Shown one piece after another: positions 46,787 through 64,000 of a DNA stretch of 64,000 nucleotides. A program made the position numbers and the translations under genes. How positions within the stretch are numbered: position 1 is the stretch's first letter; the number at the start of each line of letters is the position of its first letter. The notes beneath the pieces were generated by a model. It saw only the letters and a program-made list of their open reading frames with translations. It was not told where the DNA came from and ran no database searches. The DNA comes from the human T2T-CHM13v2.0 reference genome, Homo sapiens, in the NCBI RefSeq assembly GCF_009914755.1, contig NC_060928.1. One strand, 5' to 3'.

Positions 46787-47789
46787 TTAGTTATGTTTCC
46801 TTATTTTTTAAACCTTAAGCCTTTTAAACCAGGTAGCAAACCATGTTTTTTTTTTTAGACTAGTCAAAACTGGTGATAGCTTTGAAAGTGTAGTGAAGCT
46901 AATCATATTGTACAGGGAGTGCTTTAATTTGGGATATCCTTAAAGGGACTCTAACTTCTGCTTAAAGTCAGCCTTTTATATACCTGTTGTCCAAATGTCA
47001 ATGCTTTTCTTTCTGTATTGAGTAGATTTTTATCTTTCTCCTGGCCTCATTTACTAACAGATAAGTAGTGACAGAAGAACCACTGCTGAAATCCACTTCA
47101 GCTTTTAATCTGAGAGTTTTTATCTTGAAAATGAACAGGATACAGGACACTGCTATTTGATCCAAAATGACGCCCATGTGCTTGGCAGGATGGTTTTCAA
47201 AAGCATGACAGCTTCAAGGAAAGGAAATGTTTGATTACTATTTGGAAGCAGATATTTAGGTCTGAAGGACAAATTATTTGAAAAATTGTTTTTTCTAAGC
47301 ATGATTTTGCAGCTGATTATATTTCTTCATAGATAATTAGTCAAACTAAAGGAGTTTACTGTTGATTTTGTTTTGCTTTATCATTTCGAAAAAAGTCAGA
47401 TGGCCCTTTTGACTCACTATGATTGGTTAAATCATAAAAGAGTACTAGCTAATTGTTTCTAATGCATTTAGGGTGAAAGGCATAGTGAGATATGATCTAT
47501 AGTTTTTTAAAATATTTTCATACTGCATTTCAGTATTACAAATGACATTTAAAATCTTAACATGCCTTTAAAATGCATATAGTATGATACTTGCTTTCTA
47601 AATACGTTAATATAAAATACTTAAATATGAAGGAAATTTATTTTAGGAACTTATTAAGTCATAAAATCACTAAATGTAGGGGATCTTATAGCCATGCATT
47701 CATAAAGGAGTGGTTATAAACATAGACTAATTTGCTCTGCTTTCAGAAAGTGAGTGTACATAACAAAATCTTTTTATTATCCTAGCGAG

Positions 47790-47971
47790 TTTCCCTTCTT
47801 TTTGTCTATAGTTTCATTTACCTTTCCTTTTCCTCCTTCCATTTCCTGCTTTTTCCTTCCTTCCTATTTTATTTTCTCTTTCTTCTTATATTTTTTCTTG
47901 CCTCCCCTGTTTTCCATTTCTTTTCTTTTCCTTTTTCTTATTTTTTTTTTCTTCTCCCTTCCTTCCCTTCT
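47790..47971. repeat. CT-rich low-complexity tract
   Basis: Read directly from the sequence. Confidence 0.85.
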
Positions 47972-47998
47972 GTGAGTAGAGATTACTCCTGTCTCATG

Positions 47999-48303
47999 TA
48001 CAGTTGGCCCTTCCCATCCATGGGTTCCACATCTAGGGTTTTAACTAGCTGCAGATCGAAACTATTAAAAAAAAATACAATGCAAAAATAAAAAATACAA
48101 ATAATACAATATAAAAATTATTGATGAAGCATTTCCATTGTAATAGGCATTATAAGTAATCTAGAGATTATTTAAAGTATATGGGAGTATGTGCACATAC
48201 TATGCTCTTTTATATGAAGAACTTTAGTATCCACGGGTTTTGGTATCCATTGGAGGGGGGGCCCTGGAACCAGTTTCCCTTGGGATACCAAGGGACCCTT
48301 TGT
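47999..48303. mobile_element. MER2 (Tigger-derived) element
   Basis: tacagttggcccttcccatccatgggttccacatc...taagtaatctagagat...ctggaaccagtttcccttgggataccaagggac. Confidence 0.85.
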
Positions 48304-48445
48304 CCCACAGTTTCTCAATGTAATTGAAATTGTAACTACTGAAATTATAATCATGATTAGGAAAACAATAATGAAATTTTTGATTTTTGTTTAAGCAAGT
48401 AAAGACTCAATTTTTCTGTTATTAGCATAATGAAATGGGTAGTAA

Positions 48446-48646
<201 letters not shown>

Positions 48647-49104
48647 TGATAGAAAAGAAAGCTGTAATATATTTAGAATATTGTATGCCTTTTTCCCTCC
48701 ATAGTATATGCAAATTAGTCCTTTATCTGTGATTCTGACACATTTGCAGAATTAGGCAACTGTTACTCAGGGCCAGATAAATACATACTTGAAGACATCT
48801 TTAGAGGATGTACTAAAGGTAAAAAGGGACATTTTAAGTAATTAGAGGAGGTAATGAACCTCAAATCAGCCTTTCTGTATGCTACATATATTTTAGTTAA
48901 TGCTTCAGTCAGATGGAAAATTTGTTTTTTGCTTCTAGATGTCCTGTGTTGAAGGTTATTTTTAAAATTCTAGGTTTTGTTGACTGTCTTCTGATTGTAG
49001 ATGTTTAATCTTATCCTTTTCTCTACTTGCTTGCCCTTTTTTCTAACCTATCTTTTCTTTCCTTTTCTCCTCTCTTCCCTGATGTCCATACATCCCCCAA
49101 CTAA

Positions 49105-49245
<141 letters not shown>

Positions 49246-49333
49246 TAATGATTGACTGTATGTATCATGCACCATCCATATCTCTTCATGATTTAACAAT
49301 TTCAATTCTTCAACTCAAAACCTTAAAAATCTC

Positions 49334-51128
49334 CCTCTACACACTGCTTTGAATGTGTCCCGGAGATTCTGGTATGTTGTGTCTTTGTTCTCGTTGGTTT
49401 CAAAGAACATCTTTATTTCTGCCTTCATTTCATTATGTACCCAGTAGTCATTCAGGAACAGGTTGTTCAGTTTCCATGTAGCTGAGCGGTTTTGAGTGAG
49501 TTTCTTAATCCTGAGTTCTAGTTTGATTGCACTGTGGTCTGAGAGACAAGTTTGTTATGATTTCTGTTCTTTTACATTTGCTGAGGAGAGCTTTACTTCC
49601 AACTATGTGGTCAATTTTGGGATAGGTGTGGTGTGGTGCTGAAAAAAATGTATATTCTGTTGATTTGGGGTGGAGAGTTCTGTAGATGTCTATTAGGTCT
49701 GCTTGGTGCAGAGGTGAGTTCAATTCCTGGGTATCCTTGTTAACTTTCTGTCTCGTTGATCTGTCTAATGTTGACAGTGGGGTGTTAAAGTCTCCCATTA
49801 TTATTGTGGGGGAGTCGAAATCTCTTTGTAGGTCACTCAGGACTTGCTTTATGAATCTGGGTGCTCCTGTATTGGGTGCATATATATTTAGGATAGTTAG
49901 CTCTTCTTGTTGAATTGATCCCTCTACCATTATGTAATGGCCTTCTTTGTCTCTTTTGATCTTTGTTGGTTTAAAGTCTGTTTTATCCAAGACTAGAACT
50001 GCAACCCCTGCCTTTTTTTGTTTTCCATTTGCTTGGTAGATCTTCCTCCATCCTTTGATTTTGAGCCTATGTGTGTCTCTTCATGTGAGATGGATTTCCT
50101 GAATACAGCACACTGATGGGTCTTGACTCTTTATCCAATATGCCAGTCTGTGTCTTTTAATTGGAGCATTTTAGTCCATTTACATTTAAAGTTAATATTA
50201 TGATGTGTGAATTTGATCCCGTCATTCTGATATTAGCTGGTTATTTTGCTCGTTAGTTGATGCAGTTTCTTCCTAGCCTCAGTGGTCTTTACAATTTGGC
50301 ATGATTTTGCAGTGGCTGGTACAGGTTGTTCCTTTCCATGTTTAGTGCTTCCTTCAGGAGCTCTTTTAGGGCAGGCCTGGTGGAAATGCAAATCAAAACC
50401 ACAATGAGATACCATCTCAGACCAATTAGAATGGCAGTCATTAAAAAGTCAGGAAACAACAGGTGCTGGAGAGGATGTGGAGAAATAGGAACACTTTTAC
50501 ACTGTTGGTGGAACTGTAAAGTAGTTCAACCATTGTGGAAATCAGTGTGGCGATTCCTCAGGGATCTAGAACTAGAAATACCATTTGACCCAGCCATCCC
50601 ATTACTGGGTATATACCCAAAGGACTATAAATCATGCTGCTATAAAGACACATGCACACGTATGTTTATCGTGGCACTACTCAAAATAGCAAAGACTTGG
50701 AACCAACCCAAATGTCCAACAATGGTAGACTGGATTAAGAAAATGTGGTACATACACACCATGGAATACTATGTAGCCATAAAAAATGATGAGTTCATTC
50801 CTTTGTAGGGACATGGATGAAACTGGAAATCATCATTCTCAGTAAACTGTCACAAGGACAAAAAACCAAACACTGCATGTTCTCACTCATAGGTGGGAAT
50901 TGAACAATGAGAACACATGGACACAGGAAGGGTAACATCACTCTCTGGGGACTGTTGTGGGGTGGGGGTAGTGGGGAGGGATAGCATTAGGAGATATACC
51001 TAATGCTAAATGACGAGTTAATGGGTGCAGCACACCAGCATGGCACATGTATACATATGTAACTAACCTGCACATTGTGCACATGTACCCTAAAACTTAA
51101 AGTATAATAATAATAAAATAAAATAAAA
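49334..51128 (+). mobile_element. 5'-inverted and internally deleted L1 (L1PA3-like) in intron 7
   Basis: 17-bp TSD AAAACCTTAAAAATCTC at 49317-49333 and 51129-51145. 49334-~50383 is antisense (ORF2 endonuclease domain to ORF1 end). ~50383-51128 is sense (ORF2 C-terminus, 3' UTR, A-rich tail). Confidence 0.93.
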
Positions 51129-51272
51129 AAAACCTTAAAAATCTCATCATCCTTAGCAAAAAATATACAGATCGTTCATAAAACATTTTACTAATGGACA
51201 GTATTACTATTTTTTTTAAATGGAAAGCACCTACATGAGCAGAGTTCAGGGTTATAATAAAAAGTAAACCAC

Positions 51273-51560
51273 CCGGGCGTAGTGGCTCACACCTGTAATC
51301 CTAACACTTTGGAGGCTGAGGTGGGTGGATTGCCTGAGCTCAGGAGTTTGAGACCAGCCTGGGCAACATGGTGAAACCCCATCTCTACTAAAATACAAAA
51401 TACTAGCCAAGTGTGGTGGCATACACCTGTAGTCCCAGCTTCAGGAGGCTGAGGCAGGAGAATTGCTTGAACCTTGGAGGTGGAGGTTGTAGTGGGACAA
51501 GATTGTGACAGTGCATGCCAGCCTGGGTAACACAGCGAGTCTGCACTTCAAAAAAAAACC
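51273..51560 (+). mobile_element. Alu (AluS-like) in intron 7
   Basis: Sense dimer with a short A tail. Confidence 0.92.
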
Positions 51561-52021
51561 AAAAGTCGAATGGATAAAAGCTAATGAATGGTAAGATGGT
51601 ATTATGCTCATGTTGATTAACTATGAATGTAAGCAGTGCCCATACACTGTCTTGTGTAATTATATGTTACCAAACATGTTTAAGTATTTTTGTTTTTCAT
51701 TGCGATGTTTTAGTGAATCTGTAAATTGCATTCAGGAAGAGACCTTTTCCTGATATGTATAACTTTAATCTTTAATATAAATATTTACTAGGACCCTGTG
51801 CAGCTCATGAGGTTCCCAAGACCACTCTTAGGTTTGATGATTTGCCAGAAGGATCCATGGAACTCAGGAAAGCTGTTACTGGCTGTTATGGTTTCTTACA
51901 ACACACAAAAAATAAAGATTAAAATCAGCAAAGGTAAGAGGCACATAGGGCAGGGTCCATGAGAGACCAGTCATGGAGTTTTCAGTTTTCTTCTCCTAGT
52001 GAAGTTATTCATGCAGTGTTT

Positions 52022-58160
<6,139 letters not shown>

Positions 58161-59859
58161 TTCATGCAGTGTTTACTTCTTCCAGCAACAATGTGTGGCA
58201 ACGTGCATGGAGTATTGCCAACTAGAGAAGCTCATGTGAGCCTTAGTGTCCAGGGTTTTTATTGGTGTCTGTCATGCAGGCAAGACTGCCTGCCTGTGTG
58301 GTTGACATTAGTCTACACCCTCTCTAGAAATCGAGCTAATACCCTGTGAACCAAAGTTCCCATCATAAATCACATTGTATAGACTACCTGGTGTCACCCG
58401 AAACTCCCATGTTGACAAGGATACCCTATCCGGGAGGACATTCCAAGAGCTTAGAGGTTATCATTCAAGAGCTAGGGGCAAGGGCCAAACTTTAGGCAAG
58501 GGAAGTTCTATACCGCATACTGATAGAAAAATTAAAGAGTTAGATAGGACCTCCCTGTCTGCATTCTTCTGTATTTCACAGCTGAGGTATGATTTTGATA
58601 ATGGTTCCACTGTTTTTTCTTGGATACATCCATATGAGAGATCCTAGAACTGTATTTTTAACTTCCTATTCCACAACTAGGAACTACCTGTTCCAATACA
58701 CCCTAGGAACTACCTGGTTAATGGTATAAGAAGTAGGTGCGATGGTGACTCTATCAGGATAGGTATGCTCATAGGTGGTAGATGAAATTCCATGAGGTTT
58801 CAGGTGAGGAGAAGACATAGTGAGAATAGACTTTCAAGCCTTGACATATGAGGAGTCTTATGACAGAAGAAAGAGAATCTTGGCAGATATTTGTAAGCTT
58901 CATGTCAGGGGGTGTGGCTGACCAACTACAGGAATTTCACACTAGTATACAAAGTGACTCATTCAAATATTCAGTCGTTTAATAATAATCTCTTGCACTC
59001 TGCCCTCCTGTTTTGTGCCAGGTATGCCAAGCAGTGAGAATATAATCTGAGCAGAAACAGGCATGCTCTCAGTCCTTGTGGAGATTATTGGTTTTGGTTT
59101 TGGGTTTTTTTTGTTTTTTTGTTTTTTTTTTTGCAGGTGGGTGGGGGATGTAGAAATAAGCAGCAAGGACATCTGCTGAGAAAATTGGGATGGAGTCAAA
59201 GGGATGTGATATGTAGAGAAAAGGAATCACACTGGATCCTTCCTCAAAGTCAGTCAAGCAAGGCTTCCTAAATAGCCTCTAAGTCCCACCTCCGATGGCA
59301 GAAAGAAAAGACCAGATTAACAGTTGTATACATTTGTTTTGTTTTCTAATCTTTCTGGGTCAGTGGCGTTTATCTTTGGTCACTTGCATTCCTCCTCAGA
59401 GCTCTGCTTTTCCTAGACAAGGACTGACTGAACGGGTATCTAGCTTTCCTGGGCTGCCAGCACTTTGGGAAGACCTAGACACCACCCTGACCATCAGATC
59501 CTGGTGTTATATAAAGAGTTCTAGAAATAGGTTGTGTGAGGGTTAGTTCCTGGTCTATTACCACTAACTATGAGACAGACACCACTGAGGATGTCAATGA
59601 GGTGCTATGGGATCCCCTTCGTCCCTCACCCCCATCTTCCATACATTTCAGCCTCAAAGCCTTCATTTTTATGGGGTTTATAGACTTCTACATTAGAAGT
59701 TTATTGGAAGAAAGGGTATTATTCTTCTAGAAAAAGTTTTTCAAAACCAGTTACTGAACCCCTGTATACAACTCATTTTTTCCTCTATGCAAAATAAGCT
59801 ATACCTTTTCTGAGCTGCAAATGTATGGGACTTTAAAGAGGGAATAAATCACCTGAAAA

Positions 59860-60005
59860 TCTTGCTTAAAAATGTAGATTCTGGGCTTCTGCTCTGGGAT
59901 TCTGGTTAAGTATGGCGTGAGACCCAAGAATCTGCATTTTTAAACAGCATCTCAAGTGATTCTGAGGCTGATGGCCCATGGATCTGCATATAAACCTCGG
60001 TGCTA
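59860..60005. mobile_element. MER5A-like DNA transposon
   Basis: aaaatgtagattctgggc...gacccaagaatctgcatttttaaacagcatctcaagtgattctgaggc. Confidence 0.75.
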
Positions 60006-60488
60006 TACAGAGTGTATACAGATTCAGTAGGGTAATGCAGTCTGAAGAAAGCAACTGGAAGACTAGAGAGGGACCCTGTCCATCCCCAGGGCATTCACTC
60101 TTATAAATTACTCATGTAAATCCTCCATCCTTTGTCCTCTCTTCCCTTTTTATTGCAGGAAAATGTGTGTTTTAGAGGCACAGCTTTCCATCATGGTCCT
60201 CAATGCTCTTGCAAATTACAGAATCACAAAATATGCTATTTTATAGAAACCTTACTTCAGATAGCATACTGAAGCAGATTTTATAGGATTGGTTTTACCT
60301 GAAATAATGTAAATTCATTGTTTTTTAAAACAAATACAGAGGTACCTTATACATGTAAATTTCAATGAGATGCTTCCTAAAAAAAGCCTTGAAATCTAAA
60401 ACAAGGGGTGCTCCTGAAGATTTACTTATGCGTATGGTGAGCATTGTTAAGTTTAAAGTCATTTCGTTTCCCCCTAATCTTACTTTAA

Positions 60489-60608
<120 letters not shown>

Positions 60609-61038
60609 TAACTTTTAGGTGTATTACTAAATTGACATATATATATATTTAACATATACTATCTCATTTCAGCCACAGGTAACTATGTGAAATTGATGCT
60701 GTTATTTTCCTTTTAGAACTCAAGAGTTTCTGTCTCTAGGTCACACTGTTCTCAAGCCCTGCGACTCAGACCAGACTCAGGTTGAATAAATATAGGGCTT
60801 GTGTACACTTTCACAGTGCTTAATGTGGCACTCAATGTGGTGCAGTGGTACAGTTTTTTTCTTAAAAGTATTTTCAGTGGTTTAGTTTTGACCATCGAAA
60901 AGTTCAGAAAACCGAATGATTAACTTAGCTCTTTGAGGAAAAATACCTTTTTCTCTTTCATTTGCTGCCTTTTCTGACTCAGACGTCCAGATGATTACAC
61001 TATTCTGTCTGTAAGTGCGTGCATACCCCCATAGGTGT

Positions 61039-61078
61039 ACACACACACACACACACACGGACACATATGCACACACAG
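61039..61078. repeat. (CA)n microsatellite in intron 8
   Basis: Read directly from the sequence. Confidence 0.9.
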
Positions 61079-62966
61079 TGCTGGAATAGTTTAATTGGTT
61101 ATTCTAACTTTTCAAGGTACAAAAATATGGAGGATTTCATAACTGTATGGTGTCAGATTACTAGACTAATTGAATTTTTAGCATTTGAAAGAAGCATTCA
61201 GATAATCTCGTCTTAGAAATATTTCCATAAAAGCAGTCCTTGCTTTTGGAAATTTTGTTTAATCAGATCTTAATGATAGAATTGCATGTGACCATCTTAA
61301 CATTGTATAACTTAGTTCCATTGTAGGTACTTCTAAAGGAATTAGTTATGAGAAAATTTACCTGATCATATACAATTTTAAAATGGCAGACATAAAGCTT
61401 TAGCGAAATACCTCATTTGACCAATCTCAATGAGTTGTTTGATTGATTATATTCTTTCCATGATGGATGCCTAGAATACAGTTGACAAGAGGAAGTAAGT
61501 GTCTAAGCCTACTAGATAATGAATTTCTTTGTTGTGTTTGGGTCCTAGGCAGAGTATTAACATTCAGACACCTTGTTGAGGAGATGTGCAGAACTTTCCT
61601 CTAGCTAATCCCATGTCTCCTCTGCAGCAAGGAAATTCTTGCTTGCTCTTCTGAGAATTTAAATGCAAAATATATTTCTCCTTTCTTCTTCTGTGGAGTG
61701 GAAGTGAACAAATGCTAAATAATGATGCCACAGCTTTTCAGTGGGAAACGCTCCCTAGGTGATTTTCCATATCCTGTGGGCCGGTATGGGAAATGGGACA
61801 AGTAGAAAGGGACAGGCCAAGCATGTTAGATTTTGTGGTGGGAGTGGAGGGGGTGTGGAGGAGGAGATAGTATATGTGTAAATAAAGTTTAGAAACGGCA
61901 CATTAAGATTTGGAAGGGGAACACAGAGCTGTAGTTGAGTAATCCAGGATCCCAGAAATATCAAATTCTTTTTTTACTACTCCATCTTACTAGCTTTGAA
62001 TGTTGCTAATACAGAATTTTAAAAAAGATTTTGTAGCTACAAGGGCTGTTATTATTTATTTTCTTCTGACTCCTCTTGTTTCCTCCTTCTTATATCCTAC
62101 ATAATATTTTAATAATGATTGATGTAATTGGAATAGAAAATTTCCTATTGCAATTACATACCAAAGACTTTCTCTTGGCTTATTATTGTGCTAATTTCTG
62201 TTACTTCGTAATCCTTCATGAAACTAATGAATGTTCTTCTTTCTCTTCTAAGACCTTAAAAGCTTATATATCTCTTTCTTTCTTAAAATATTAGAAATTA
62301 AGTCTTTAAAAATGAGTGTTCTCAGTTGTGGTTTCTCATTTCTTGGGACTTGTGTATATCAATGATGGAACTATTCAACTTTTGGATACAGGAAAATATC
62401 TGTTACAGATAGTCACAGTGTTACTTTCTTAGAACTGATCTGCCTTAAATTGAAATCAGTTCATTCTTAGCCTGATTTGATTTTTTTTCTAAGTGAAATG
62501 CACATTTATTTTGGAAAAGGCACAATGCAAATCCTGATCTTTATTGATTGTGTGGGAACTTATTACATGGCAGGTACTCTGCTGAGTACTTTTTAGACAT
62601 GAAACCCATTTACTCTTCCTAGTCATCAGAGGGAGATTTTGTTGTTATCTCCCTCTAAAGATCACGGAACTTAGGCACAGAAAAGTAATTAGTCCAGGTT
62701 TGACGAATAAGTGACTAGTAGATGCTGAATTCAGATACTGGTAGTCTGGCTTCTAACTACTTCTCTAGTTAGATACTTCAAAAAAAGAGAAAGAAACAGC
62801 CTATATTTTATTTAACTCAGCAAAAAGTCCTTCTTATTTCATCATTTTGTTCTTACCCCTTTTTGTTTGAGTTTTAGATACTTTCTAGGCATATTCCTGC
62901 AAATATAATACCTATTAGGGGAACTCTGCATGATACTAATGATGCTCAATTTTTTTCTGTTGACAG

Positions 62967-63023
62967 GGGAGCCTTAGCATCATCAAATCTAAAATTCCAA
63001 CATACTGCTCCATATGCTGTTGA
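62967..63023 (+). CDS. PACRGL: PACRGL last coding exon: GSLSIIKSKIPTYCSICC*
   Basis: ttttttctgttgacag| acceptor, TGA at 63021-63023. IK..IPTY matches the PACRG terminal motif. Total CDS 747 nt, 248 aa. Confidence 0.92.
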   Translation, partial: GSLSIIKSKIPTYCSICC

Positions 63024-64000
63024 AGAAGGGAGCCAACAAAAATTGTTTTTTCTACCTGTTGACGTGTCAAGCACTAACTGTGGGTACTCATTTATTTTAT
63101 TCTTTTGTAAATCACAGCCACCATTCATTATTTACTAGGTTAAGATGAATAGACACTGAATCAAAGTTATTCATCAACAAAAAAGAACAGTTACTAATGG
63201 AAAGTTATTAAAATAAGTTCTATAAGAGTACAATTTTGAGGTTTATTTTTTGTATTTTTATTATTTGTGCGAAGAACCATTATTGAGTTTGCAAGATAAG
63301 ATGTATTTGTATTTTCTAGTGTCTTTTTATTTATAACACTTTTTTGGCAATCAGTTTGTAGCTGTGCCCTTATTTTTATAGATAGTTTGCCATTTCTTGG
63401 GTTTAATGTTTAACAAGGCTATAGAAGTTTAAAATAGTGGACAAATGTTTGTGAATACACTTTTAAAAAATTGTTTTAAAAGAGAAAAGCGGTCTTGCTT
63501 TGTTGCCCAGACTGGAGTGCAGTGGCATAATCATAGCTCACCGCAAGCCTCAAATTTTTGTGCTCAGATGATCCTTTTCATCTCAGCCTCCTGATTAGCT
63601 GGGACTATAGGCGTGTGCCACCATGCCCAGCTAATTTTGAAATTTGCTTGTAGAGATGGGATCTCACTCTGTTGTCCAGGCTGGTCTCAGAATTCTGGTG
63701 AGTGATCCTCCCACAGTGGACTTCCAAAGTGCTGGGATTACAGGTGTGAGCCACCATGCCTGGCCCCATGAATACACTACTAATATTATTTGTAAATATG
63801 TATTTTATAATGTACAATGCTTGGAAAATTTTCAGAGTATTCTAGTTTAAAAAATTTTTTCTAATTCTGTAAATTCTATTACAAGTATGTTGTTTATTAC
63901 AACTCATTACAACTACCTAAATTTTAGGTGTTAACTGTATTTAAGTAAATGTGTTATTTTTGCATTTCATAGCCAGAAAATACTGATGTTCACTTAAAGA
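63024..64000 (+). other. PACRGL: PACRGL 3' UTR or downstream region, AT-rich; end not determinable
   Basis: Follows the stop codon. ATTAAA near 63207 is a possible poly(A) signal. Confidence 0.55.
63480..63765 (-). mobile_element. AluJ-like, antisense, ~460 nt after the stop codon
   Basis: gttgcccagactggagtgcagtggcataatcatagctcac...ccaaagtgctgggattacaggtgtgagccaccatgcctggcc. Confidence 0.9.

Overview
Primate (human-like) genomic DNA. About the first 35 kb is intergenic and made of Alu, L1, L2, MIR, MaLR/ERVL LTRs and MER DNA transposons. A CpG-island promoter at ~35.7-36.5 kb heads a complete + strand gene, PACRGL (Parkin co-regulated gene-like). Its 8 coding exons, joined by hand at GT-AG sites, give a 747-nt, 248-aa ORF (MQKSEG...TYCSICC). 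I found no new gene family or enzyme system. The most notable structures come from retrotransposons. (1) A 3.5-kb L1 insertion at 3980-7507 has a 14-bp TSD and carries a 3' transduction, with the twin-priming inversion point inside the transduced DNA. (2) PACRGL intron 7 holds a 5'-inverted L1PA3-like copy and a full-length L1PA4/5-like copy that share private mutations, suggesting local gene conversion. (3) The full-length copy has an open, extended ORF0 whose splice donors are in phase with PACRGL exons 8-9. Repeat family names, gene identity and consensus comparisons are from memory, not from database searches.
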